DNA from: Phoronis australis
Lineage: Eukaryota; Animalia; Phoronida
Length of the DNA: 64,000 nucleotides
Reading direction: 5' to 3'
NCBI GenBank assembly: GCA_002633005.1
Contig: NMRA01000656.1
Location: 50,571-114,570 of the forward strand
Shown here: positions 1 through 31,454 of the stretch, in pieces
How the letters are laid out: every line of letters begins with the position of its first letter
How positions within the stretch are numbered: the stretch's first letter is position 1
Notes under the pieces: generated by a model
Seen by the model: the letters and a program-made list of their open reading frames with translations, nothing else
Databases searched by the model: none
Told to the model about the DNA's origin: nothing
Program-made: the position numbers and the translations under genes

Positions 1-62
1 GTAGGCGTCCGGACCTCTTGCATGTTAACCTGTGAGTTTGATGACGTCACAGCACACTCAGT

Positions 63-600
63 CCGGCCGTTAACAGACCGGACCAAATAAACCTACAAGC
101 AAAACTACAGTGTATTAAGCCGTAAAAATTGGCTGATAACTTTCTAGCGACACGTAGAAGAGGTAATGGTTTTGTTAGAGTTGCTGGGTACATGTCAAAT
201 GAAATTAATTTCTTTTCATTGGCGTTATGTATTGTCTCGACAATGAATTAGGGGGTAGGCGCGGCTTCTCAACACCCGTGGTGTCAAGAGACACAAAAAT
301 CGCAATAGTTTTTGAACAGTGAATAGCACAAAAAAGATTCTAGATATCGAAAATTTAAACAAAAGAAGCGTTCTTTGGACAAAAAGCGAAATGTCTTGTG
401 ATTCTGCTAGTTTGAGCACGTCGCAGCGCAGTCGTTCCGGCCGTTGACAGACCGGACCAAGTACTGAAACCTGCAAGCTAAACTACAGTGTATTGAGCCG
501 TAACAGTTGGTTGATAACTTTCTAGAGGCACATAGAAGAGTTAAAGCTTTTGTTGGAGATGCTGAGTACATGTCAAATGAAATTATTCTTTTCAATGGCG
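63..600. repeat. Diverged ~165-bp direct duplication (63-225 and 437-600)
   Basis: Both copies read CCGGCCGTT(A/G)ACAGACCGGACCAA..AAACTACAGTGTATT..GATAACTTTCTAG..GTACATGTCAAATGAAATTA..TGGCG. Confidence 0.8.
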
Positions 601-970
601 TCAAGTATATCGTCCGGACTTGAGCCGCAAAAGTTGGTTAATATCTCTCTTGTGAAAAGCAGATGAAAAGGTTAAAGTAAGGTGTGAAATCTAAATGTTT
701 GATTCGTGGCGTTGTGTGTTATATTGGGACATTGGGTGCTCCCATCCCGCCTGGCTGACCGGTGACCCTTGCAGTAACTGCTTACCGTAGTACGGGTACT
801 CCATTTCCTGTTCAAAAGATTAAAATAAAGATTTTTGTCGGCCAGAGTTATTTTGGCGCCACATGAGGTCCTAACAATAACATGCTCATAAAAATGAAAT
901 CTTATTTCAAAAAAACGTATTTGGTGGAACCGTCCATATAACACTATGGCAAACCCGGGTATCAACAGTA

Positions 971-1077
971 CTGCTCCGACCCGTATTGGAATCTGGCCCG
1001 TATTGGAATTCCAATACGGGAACGGCCCGTATTGGAATATTCCAATACGGGCCAGATTCCAATACGGGCCGGAACAG
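971..1077. mobile_element. Palindromic micro-MITE with TA TSD (Tc1/mariner-like)
   Basis: TA|CTGCTCCGACCCGTATTGGAATCTGGCCCGTATTGGAAT...ATTCCAATACGGGCCAGATTCCAATACGGGCCGGAACAG|TA; built from CCCGTATTGGAAT units in both orientations. Confidence 0.7.
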
Positions 1078-1777
1078 TACCTTGCAACTCGGTCGGGTGT
1101 CCTACTTGGTCTGCGACGTCGGCAAAGGTCGTCGCTTTCTCGCAAAGCTACCGATTGGATGATTAACTAGGCACTTATTTGCTCTCCATTTTAACGTTGA
1201 TCATCGTCAATACACCTCAAAAAATCGCGCATCGTCTTTGCGCAAACTACATTGAGATTTAAGTCTCCCGAAATAAGTTGACGATTGGATAGTGTTTTAA
1301 AGTTAGTCTAATTCTCAGTTTCTCCAGTTAGTGCACCAATGAAGTAAACGAAAGTAGTTCTGCTTGTCGCGTCAGCTGTTGGTATCATTATCTCGATTTA
1401 TGACCCACAACGCGTGACTGGACAAAGCCTTTTCAAATTAGAGTAGATATAAGCCGGTGGAGCGTGAGACCCCTGAGGTCCCAATCGAGTCCTCACGACA
1501 ACTCCACCTCCACGTTATGTAGTATCTCACCTCCATTTACTTACTAATGTCTGCACCCAAGATCGCCTTCTGTGAGTCTATGGACTAACCACTATCACTT
1601 CAAGTTTGAAGAGTCCTTGTCAGCTGGTATCCATGTGAGGTCAGCTTGTTGACCCCAAATTTGACCTTCACCGTGACATTATGTGGCGGGAAGGGAACTG
1701 CCGTAAACAAAACGTTCTGGCGAAACGGTGAACTGCACTCGGACTTGAAACGTGTTGTGGTTCGCGAAAGAAGTGAA

Positions 1778-21177
<19,400 letters not shown>

Positions 21178-21816
21178 ACAGGCAGGCACAATTTTGATTG
21201 TTCGCTTGTTTAGCAAATTTAAAAGGATACTGAACCTGGATTTTGACTGCCAGAAGATACTGATGCTGACTCGACAGTTACATCTGTGAAACAAAACCGT
21301 GCTTAGTAGCCCTTTATCAATCTTTAAAAGTTTGATTCAAGTTCAGCAACTCCTTACCAAATATGCTTAATTTTCAAGCGTCAGTAACGCTCAGAGAGTT
21401 AGTGGACAAGTGTGGGAGAGACCACGCATATCGAACCTGGCACCGAATGCAAATTGAAACTAAGCGTGGACAGAGTTTGAACTGAATTCTTTCATCTTTC
21501 TAGGGAAGTGGTAATCACCCAATAACTGGTAACAAACAATAACTGGCAAAAATGACAAAATATGGCCAGCATCCTCATAAAAAATTATTTTATTGTGTGC
21601 TGTTCCGTGTTGTTTTACTTGAAAACATAACGTGCCGCAGAGTGTTAGAAAATATCGGCACTTTTAGACATGTTACTAACATTATGTACATTTTGCTTGG
21701 TGAATAACTGGACTTTATCAATGTTCAGACAAAAACACTTTATTTTAAAACAAGATTTCCTTGATGTGTGTGTATATAATGTCCTTTGTGTACATGCAGT
21801 TGCAAGTACTATTCAG

Positions 21817-22217
21817 GGCCCAGTCTCTAATCTTTGTACTCGAAATGAACTCGAAACTATTTTTGGCAATTTCTCTGCTCCTTTTGTGCGAACTTAAGAT
21901 AATTGGTTATCAGACTGTGCTCGAATACATTATAGGTTATGCATAGGAGTTTCTAGTTCAAGTTTGCCATTGAAGACCCTTATATTCTTGCTACAAACTT
22001 GAGTAAAAACTCGAAATTTCGAGTTCAAACTCGAACTTATTGCTTTAATATTGGGTTTACAAACTGTGAACTAAGGGCAATAAATTATCTACATAAGTTA
22101 ATGTGTACTTGAGCATAGAATAATAGACACATATCTTGAGTTCGCCCAAAAGTAGAGTAGAAAATGCCAAACCTAATTTCGAGTTCCATTTCGAGTAAAA
22201 AGATTGGAGACCGGGCC
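21817..22217. mobile_element. PIF/Harbinger-type MITE (~400 bp), copy 1, downstream of the TDO stop
   Basis: TIR GGCCC(A/G)GTCTC(T/C)AATCTTT.TACTCGAAATG..ACTCGAAA; 3-bp TSD CAG at 21814-16 and 22218-20. Confidence 0.85.
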
Positions 22218-23432
22218 CAGGTCAAAGGTTAGTTTGCATGTGATGGATAATGCCTTGACTCCTCATTGTAACAGTCTCTTCTTGTTTAATTCTTGACATT
22301 TCTGTTATATTCATTGTCAGTTTACCTTTTTTGCACTTGGTTTGTCAGGTGGGCATGTTTTATGAAAATTGGCAAGACTTTTAAGTCAGAAAATTTTGTT
22401 TGGGCTGGGCTTTCCACAACTGTATGTGAACATTATGTGTGGGCCATAATATCAATCTATAAAAGTTCATGTGATAATTATTTACTCACTGGTTGTAATG
22501 ACATTGAATATACATATGCATTTCTGTGACCAAGATCTCTGACTTTATGTGATTTGATCCCATGGTATTCAATTTCTTTGGGAGTTGAAATAGTGTGTGG
22601 CCAATTTAGTTTTTCTATACTACGACTAGACATTCAGAGTTGTATTTTACAACTTACATACTGTTGAGATTCATGTTTTTATAGAATATCTTTTTACACT
22701 GCTTGCTCATTCCATAAAATACAATGCATATTTATCTCAACTATTTGATGGGTAAATGCTTAATAGACTCTTTTGTCTTAACTTTGTATATTTTTGTAGA
22801 CTAATAAATATAATTATTGTCTTAAATTTCGGGTGTAATTTACTTTCAAATTTGTGTGTTGCTTAGACAGTACCAATTTTTGTTGCAAACCATAAGACCT
22901 TCTCCCAAAATAAAATGATGCCTGGTCTTGTATTAATAATTTTCTTTGCTGTCATTCACTGGGCCTGTCAGGTTACATCAGTTTTATTTTAGAAAAAATT
23001 TAATGGAGTTTGATTCCCCTGGCGTTCATACAGGTGATGCATGCTGGTTGTACCAACTGCAAGTGGGGTGGATATTCAAAGAATTTTGTTATGAGGATTT
23101 TTTTTGTTTTGGGTGTTTTTCTTGTTGCCAGTTGTACTGAAGAGTCCTTATGTTCTGCTAGTGTATACTACGCTTCGTGTCAGTTCCTGACGTTCCACGT
23201 TCTCCGTTTATCGATTACTATACCCACAAACTTCAAAACAACAATTCTTCCAAAGGCTTACTTTTTAAGTTCCAGTTCGATGATAAATACAAAATCTGAT
23301 GTATTTGTCTTTCAGCCTTATATATTTCAACGAGTGGTGGGCAAAATGTCTTTAGCACTCGGAAAATTCCGATGTCCAAACAACTGAAGAGCCTAAATGA
23401 AGATCTGCTCTGCATTCGAATTGATACACCCT

Positions 23433-23931
23433 TAAAGTGTACACAACATGACTCTAGTGCCTCAAAATAAATTTTATTATTATATCTTACTTGATTTCAG
23501 TGCCTTTAGTGCACAGCTCATAAAGAAACACGCAAAAAATTGAAAAAATAATAATTATGTACAACGTCATGGGTTGAACCCAGGTCGTTCGCCATACCGT
23601 TCGGATCAGAGACAAGGTGTATAGAGTGAAGAGAATGCAAAGTACATTTAGCGTCGAGAAGGTTCGTAGAGGGATCAAAAGATGTCTTTCCGGAGGCTGC
23701 AGCAACAGCAGCCAGGCGGAAAACGTCTCGGTGTTGCGAAGGACACCAAAGTTGCGCAGAAGTGGCATGACTTCGTGCGCCGAACGAGAGTGTGGGACGT
23801 CATCGTGGACCAAGCGATTCGGTCCGGGGCCACTCTGTGTTCTGCCCACTTTGAGGACTCGTGTTTCGACTCCAGTCACAGGAGACGATGAAGGCCTGGT
23901 TCAATAAAGGACAATATTTATCATTCAGAAA
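23433..23931 (+). mobile_element. Kolobok-like DNA transposon left end with THAP remnant, cut at an assembly N
   Basis: TTAA|AGTGTACAC.. terminus; THAP remnant inside; N at 23932; matching right end not found. Confidence 0.45.
23671..23872 (+). pseudogene. Frameshifted THAP (C2CH) zinc-finger
   Basis: Frame A GIKRCLSGGCSNSSQAENVSV, then a shift near 23735 to frame B KDTKVAQKWHDFVRRTRVWD..ATLCSAHFEDSCFD: C-x4-C...W...C-x2-H-F. Confidence 0.8.
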
Positions 23932-26437
23932 NTAATACACTGGTAGGTGGTCAATGGGTTTCAGGAAATATGAAGGGCTGGTCGAAAGTACGAAGAATAA
24001 AGTTAAAATTTTATCGCCGTTCGAATTTTAAGTCGCCTGCCAGCATAGTACATCGCTTGAACCAGTGTTGCTTCACAAGGGTATATAATTTTAGAAAAAC
24101 GTCGGTATGAGTGAACTGACAAACACGGCCTCAAGTCGTCTACATACCATATTGAGAACCTAGTGGTCCACATTATTTTTTTGTCTTTTCGATTACAGTT
24201 TTAATGCCAGGCCCCGAGTTTAGCATGCAATTACAGTGCGTCAGTCAAATTATTTTGCGCCAAGTTGACGCGGGGCGTACTCCTAAAATTACACCTGAAT
24301 TTATTGATAAAAAGGATTTTGACGAGCTAAGATCTTTCCTGGGAGCACACAGCCTATAAAATGTATCTCAAATTTTTGAGAATGTGGACCTTTTACTAAG
24401 ATTCAGGGGGTACGTTCAGAGATATGAACTGCACTCGCCGAATTTTGGTACTAAAATTCCTGCATTTTTAGTGGACTTTCTTCTCGTTTTCAACTTTTAT
24501 CGGAGTTTTTGTTTCTCTGAGGCGAACCTTTTTGCCCACTTTGCCACATGTCTTTGGTATACCAACATGTTCAGTCGAATTTGACCCGGCTAACGTAAAA
24601 CTGAGGGTTCGGTACAGTCGAGACTATGTCAGATGAGCAACTCCCAAGTTTCTTTCGCCGACGACTCCAGGCATTCGGCCAACTCCTGTTTTTAAAGTTT
24701 AATTCACTGGCGCTTTTTCAAGCTTACTCTGCACACAGAGTACGTCTAACAGTTCTTTGCTCACGCTCAGTCAACAAAATGTCAAGTTCGAACAGAAGAG
24801 ACATTGACGCATCAAAGTTGTAAGACCCACAATGAACTTACCGAGAGCTCACTACCTCGCCAAATTCCGGCAACCACAGGACTCGCCCAGCATGAGTAGC
24901 GGCCACGTAGATGATCGATGAACAATCCGCGAAACCCCTCTGCTCCTCCACTTAACGCTGGACAAACACAACAGCGTTAAAAAGGCTCAACAAAGGGGCC
25001 TCCGGGCAGCATGCCAACCCCATAGCTCCCTCAAGGGAGATAGCGGGGCTGCTGCGGCGCTACCGACCGAAAGCCAAGTGGTTCCCATGTCACAGACGAC
25101 CTAGGAGGCTACGAAGTAAGCTCTGGAGTCCGTAAGGGGTCTTGCTCACCAAGATGAGACAACACCCACTTCCAGTCCGTCATTTTGACCGTCGACTGAG
25201 AGCGAGCCGCCAAGTTGTTAGGGCACACAGGTTGACTGTTCTACGTATCCGAAATGCTCACATTTATAGATCCCTTGACGTCTTATCTCTTGCCTGTGAT
25301 AGGGAGATATTTTTAACTTATATCGTAATCTGAAATGCTGACATTCGCATAGTCATCCCGAGGTATTGTAACAATGAAAGAATCAGTCATTCTAAAGGGA
25401 TTAAATTTCTCTGATAAACTATTTCTGATTATTTGCCCCTGACACTCAACCATTTTTCACGGGGGTTACAGTAGGAGTGGGATCCCAGGCACTTGGATAA
25501 GGGTCTCGGGAAAAGCCATTTGTAAGGAGCTTCTATAAAAAGTCATGGTTTAGTAGAATTTCGAAACTGCACGACCCTTCAGTTGGGATTAATTCTAATT
25601 TCTTAGGTGTTATACTTTTGACACATTTATCTTCATCTGAAACAAACCCAAACTTTAAACTCGGAATAAAAATATCAAAACCATTCCGCCTATTTTGTTC
25701 TTGGAAAAATGAACCTTTTGATACATTTCTAACTCCCTAAAAGAACTCTGTTAAAGGGAATCGAAGGTGTCTTTTCGTAATGATATTTTTAAAAAAAAAT
25801 TATGAAACTTAGTAAAATGAGTCGTTTAGAAACCCCGTTTCACGGCGTCTCATGTACTTATGAGCTTTTATGATATCGGCCAATCCTCGTTCTGTCACCT
25901 GCTAATGCGTTATTGGAGTCAAAAGTGAAAGATAAAACCAGGACTCAATTAACAATGCACACCCCCTGTATTGGACACTGTTGTGGTTCTTGGCCGGTAG
26001 TCTTTTCCGGCACAGTTGCGAGGGTTACACTGAAGCATTATTAGTTCTAGATAAATGGATGGAAAAGTCATTGCATCTGTTTTAAAGTAGGCCTGACCGG
26101 GTTATAATTTATCAATAGAGATGATGTTTTCCACCACCAGCGCTGTTAAGCAACCAATTTAAATGCGACTAATATGGTGATGAAAGTACGATAGTAGGGA
26201 CGTTTAGTTGCCTTCTACATGTGACTTTCAAAATCATGACAGAGAGAAATAATTGTCATTGGATGACAAACCCTCGCATTTCTGTTTTAGTGACTACAAA
26301 ATCTGGCCTTTGATCATCAAAAAAAGTCTTTGGATTTTAACCTTTTACCGCTATGAAATTGGTTTCAGGTAGTTGCTTATTCAAGATAATTGATTTTAGG
26401 ACTTCGAAAGAACTGCTCAATATTGATCGAAACCAAT

Positions 26438-26836
26438 GCCTGGTCTCTAATCTTTGTACTCGAAACGAACTCGAAACTATTTTTGGCAATTTCTCTGTTC
26501 CTTTTGTGTGAACTTAAGATAATTGGTTATCAGACTGTGCTCGAATACATTATAGTTTATGCATTGGAGTTTCTAGTTCAAGTTTGCCCTTGAAGACCCT
26601 TATATTCGTGCTACAAACTCGAGTAAAAACTCGAAATTTCGAGTTCAAACTCGAACTTATTGCTTTAATATTGGGTTTACAAACTGTGAACTAAGGGCAA
26701 TAAATTATCTACGTAAGTTATTGTGTACTCGAGCATAGAATAATAGACACTTATCTTGAGTTCGCCCAAAAGTAGAGTAGAAAATGCCAAACCTAATTTC
26801 GAGTTCTATTTCGAGTAAAAGATTGGAGACCGGGCC
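26438..26836. mobile_element. PIF/Harbinger-type MITE, copy 2 (near-identical to 21817-22217)
   Basis: Colinear over ~400 bp with few substitutions; right end GAGACCGGGCC followed by CTG. Confidence 0.85.
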
Positions 26837-27300
26837 CTGGGTCTGGGGGAGGGGGGGCTATAGCCCCCACTTTTTTCAGTGCTGCGCCGCCCATGTCTAG
26901 GGCGGCTAGTCACTCAGGCAGCTGGAGTTGTCACAAGGCGCCGGACGTGTCATTTTATGCGCCGCTCAATGTCTCAAGCGATTTGGAATTGCCTGCTCTT
27001 TGTAAATACAAAAATCACTCCCCACCAGCGTAATGAACAAGCTGAGACCAATTTTAGAGCGGCAAGCGATCTAAATCAAAAGTTTGCTTCTTGGGGAGAA
27101 CGCGGGTTTATAGCTGTTCAGCTCAATGGTCGAAACTGTGTCACTGTAATGATCACGATTTTCGACGTGTTGCTCATTATTTCTTTGACCGAGAAGAACT
27201 CATTTCACATTAATAGAAAAAGTGAAAAACTGTTTGTAGATGAGCACTTTTCAAGACCAAGCACGGTTATTGCCTGGCCGCGATTGTTGGAAGATGGATA

Positions 27301-30040
27301 CAGGGTGTCAAGTAACATAAGGCCTTGAAAAAATAGGAAAATAGGAAATTTTTAGTAAAAAATAGGGAAAAAATAGGAAAAAATGATGACAAAATAGGAA
27401 AAAAAATAGGAGTATTTTTATCTTGTTGTCTCTGCACAAAACTCGAAAAAGTAGCTTTAAACCACAAAACAACTACAATCTACATACCAGTACACATACG
27501 GAACACTTAGACAATTTATAAGTTACACTCCACAAATTAATGTTCTCAGCGAAACTGGGCATACAGTCTATGCTTTGTTGGATTTCTTCACAGACTGGAT
27601 GTGTTTTGCTTTCAATATGCTTTCGTTTTCTATGGATTTCATTAATGCGTTTATTCAGTTCATCACGTTTTTCATTATGGATGCAACGGTTACTGACTGC
27701 TTGGAGACTGCTGATGAACTAGACAGTGCTTCTCGGAGTTTCACATTAGCCTCTGACATGAGTTCACCACAACCTTGAACTCTCCAAAGACATTTTTTCT
27801 TCTTTAGCGATATTATCTCCGGACTCAAATAGTTTTTTTGAATGTTTCAACTAACACAAACCTCTTGCTTTTCCGTCTCAGAAAACTTAGCAGTAAAGTG
27901 GCAAGCGACTCTGGAGGTACTGTTAGGGTGAGCAAACTAATATGGCCAAAATTCAGCAAGAGCGAATTTTTGCCATTTTTCATGATTTTCGTAAGCTCGT
28001 ATCTATCAGCATGCTAAGTGGTGGAAAATGAAAACTATGCCAATGAAATATTTTTTTTCTTCCTATTGATGATATTCATTACAAAAAATGGGCCATTAAT
28101 GAATTGAAGTAAATCGAGCACTTCACACATTTTTCACTCACAGGTAAATTCTTGTGACTTACAGCAGGGGTCAAACTCAGCTGTTAAATGGCCGTTTCTG
28201 AACCAATTTTAATACTGGTAATATTTATATGAAACTGTGTGCTTAAAATTCTACTTTGAACCCTGAGTGAACACTTTTTTGATATAAATATGAGGAAATG
28301 TCCCTTTTTTAATTTATTGCCTCATCAGTCTCGCACAGGGAAAAATCTTGAAACTGTACACTCAAGATTGTAATTACCATTTATGTCCTAATTCAACTGT
28401 TTTCACTTTATCTTACCATTTCCATGTAGGAAAACTTCCATATGGGTAAACTCAGTCATTTTTCAAGAACAACGTTGATCTTTCCAGGGTTCACACTAAA
28501 CTCGGACCTGATTTGTCAAATGTATTAAACAAAACCAGTCAAAACTTTTCTAAATTACAAAAAGGGGCCCAAATAGTACAGAATGCTTTTAAAATTCATT
28601 TTAACTTCAGTTTTGGGAATAGTCATTCTTTTTTCTATTTTCTTCAAAAATATTTCTGTTACACTTTTTCTACCCCGTCGTGGTGCTGTGATCAGTTTCA
28701 TTTTTAGCCAATTACATGTTTCACTAAAATACCGGTAATTGTTCAGTCAACTCTGCAATGCATCAAAACATTTTAGAACACCAGTATGCTCTTTTGGATG
28801 GTAGCCAACACAACACCTCTCAGTTCCTACATTATTTGATGGGAACAAAATTGATTAAAAGTCGTTAAAATTTTAAGCTCCAATTTAATTTTGTTTAATT
28901 AAAAGTGCACATTATCGTTTTTCATTATATGGTGTGCAACATAAGATTGTAAAAACATTGATCTTACTTGGGAAAAAGAATAATTAACGTAACCTCACAG
29001 GTTTTCAAATAAACGACAAAATACTTTAAAAAAGACTAGACTTCTACTTTTTACTCCTTTTGAATTCACTTGTTTTACAAATTTCATTTTTTAGAATTGT
29101 TTTAAAATATTTTGGAACAAAAGAAACATTTTCACTAAACCATATTAATTCTTGATGTGTTCGGTCATTTTCAAAGTAATAAGTTGCTCTCTTTTCAAAA
29201 CATCCTTTGTTCAAATAGCTCCATGAGCAAAAATGTCCCGTCAAAAGCCGATGGTGAATTTTTCAATTGTTCTTGGTGCAAAATATAATAGCATTTGGCT
29301 TGATGTCGATGCCATATAGTTAACCAACTTGTACAGAACTCTCCATTTTGTTTTAGGAACACACTAAGCTATGGATTGTCAAATATAACTGTCTAAACTT
29401 GTTGTTTTCTGTGGCCTGAAATTACTGGGTGCTGTTTACTAAAAAATGCCCTTTTTGAGGATCTAAATTTTAAATAATTCCAGAACCGCCCAATCGATTA
29501 AAAAAATTCAAAAAGTTGTAAAAAAGTTGTATAAATGGCATGTTTAAAGCTACCATTTAAGACTCTTATCAAGTGTTTCTGATGAAATTAGTATTTTGCT
29601 TTGCTCACCCTAGCACTGTATGGAAACAATGATGAAAGAGCGCATATAGGATTGACTTCTCAGTTTCAGTGTTATTAAAATACTATTATTCCAAGTAGTT
29701 TCACCAGAATGAAGCGTTGTCTGCACAATTCATGCATAACAATTTGCATGATAGGGGGTATAGGTAATTGCTCTTGTACCAGTCCATTTTTCAAGAGAGT
29801 ACAAACACAACTAGATGCCCCCAGTTGTAATGTGTTTGAAGCTCAAAGAAACAAGTTCACCCAGCCCTGCAGCATCCAATGTAAGGTATGAGAAACAACA
29901 GTTTATTGCTGGCCTTTTATTTGGACTCACCATGAAAGAAAAATAGGAAAAAATAGGAATTTCACAGAAAAGTAGAAGAAAATAGGAGTCTCTCAAAACA
30001 TAGGAAAAAAATAGGAAAAAATGGGAAACTTGACGCCCTG
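27301..30040. mobile_element. hAT-like element with CAGGG termini, interrupted by a nested element
   Basis: TIR CAGGGTGTCAAGT / ACTTGACGCCCTG; AAATAGGAAA subterminal arrays at both ends; possible decayed coding remnant on minus ~27560-27790; no clean TSD. Confidence 0.65.
27924..29612. mobile_element. 1.7-kb non-autonomous hAT-like (hATw-type) element nested in the previous element
   Basis: TIR TAGGGTGAGCAAA / TTTGCTCACCCTA; 7-bp TSD GTACTGT / GCACTGT (1 mismatch). Confidence 0.75.
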
Positions 30041-31454
30041 TCCAGGATACTAAGCAGCCAACATCGCAGCAAACCGAGAAACTTTGATTTAAAACCAGCA
30101 ATCGTGTACGTGTTTACGCATGTTGGACTTTTATCTTTGCTAGGGTCAGGTGTAGGACCTACCCCGGCCGGACAGCGATGACGTTGCTTTGGAAAAGAAA
30201 TAGGCTTGACACCACAACATAACATCAGACTTCTTTTGAAAGCTTTTATTACTTTTGAATGAAACATAAATTACGCCACTATGTCTTATCACATTTATTA
30301 AAAATCAACAAAATTGGCAGCACCAGTAACGGCAAATTTAGCATCACGTCACAATTATTTGAATGGTGTAACAGCGAAGATCACGGTTTCAGATACAATC
30401 AAAACACCAAGATCCTTGATTCAAAGTGTAAGTCTCAATCAGGAACTCTCTCCCCGAGTCCTGCTACACTGGAGTCCAGTTATCAAATAATTCAACACCA
30501 TATCTCACAAAGTACAGAAAAACTGAGTCAGGATGAAAAATAAGTTCACCCAATCAAAAATTGGAACAAATAGTTCTAATTTTGCAACTTGGCAGCTGGC
30601 AGTTAACTACAACATTCAATTAAGTAACCATGAGCAACTCAGTTTTGATTTAGTACTCTTAATTATAAAACTGACCTGAGGGTGTTCCTTTCTCAAAATT
30701 GGAGGTGATTCCGAGATTGTTATTGACAGGTTGTTACTGATGGAGGGCAGGCTCGACATTTAGTTTTCATGTGGGCCACTTTATGCGTGGACCATGGTCG
30801 CAAGCAATGAGGAGCAGTCATTTTTTCTAAATACAGAGAGCTTCTCGCCCAAATAAGGAACACCATGCGATAGCCTTTATAATGAATGGTCTAACTAAAC
30901 AATTAATTGAAACGTGACTTTATAGCACTATCTTCAATTAGTGATTAGAAATGTTACAGTGCTGAAATTTTTCTAAGATCATTGACACTGTAAAAAAGCT
31001 ACATATAATGAATGTTGTTTTTTATTTTAAAAACTTTATTTCAACAAAACAATAGAAATTGACAAGACAAGCGAGGATGCAAAAACCTTGACACTCACAT
31101 TCACTCTTCCCAGCTCTTTAAATAACAATATACATTAAGAGAAAGCACAAGAATATTGTTTCCCTACAGTTATGGCTTCAATTCTGTATACATGTAAAAT
31201 ACAGGAAATTATTCATGACTGCAGCAAAATCCTCTTTAAAGAGGGAATGCTCTATCTGCCTAGTTAACTTTCGAGGACGTTCTTTGTCATTCCTTGACTT
31301 AAAAACAGTTACCATGAACATGACAATGAATTGCACCTGCTCTCAACCATTGGGTAATTTTTGGTCACTGTAAAAGATTACAGCCAACAGGTAGCGTTAC
31401 ATAGCCTTAACAAAATGCTAGAATGACACTTTCTCGACATCCAAAACTGACTCT

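Noticed and set aside
971-1077. CRISPR-like repeat array
   Set aside because: Units are inverted and lack unique spacers; eukaryotic context with no cas genes.
672-1170. 157-aa and 74-aa ORFs with repeated FQYGP/YWN
   Set aside because: Artefact of the palindromic MITE at 971-1077.
26879-27328. 149-aa ORF
   Set aside because: GTG start, no recognisable motif, lies between and runs into transposons.
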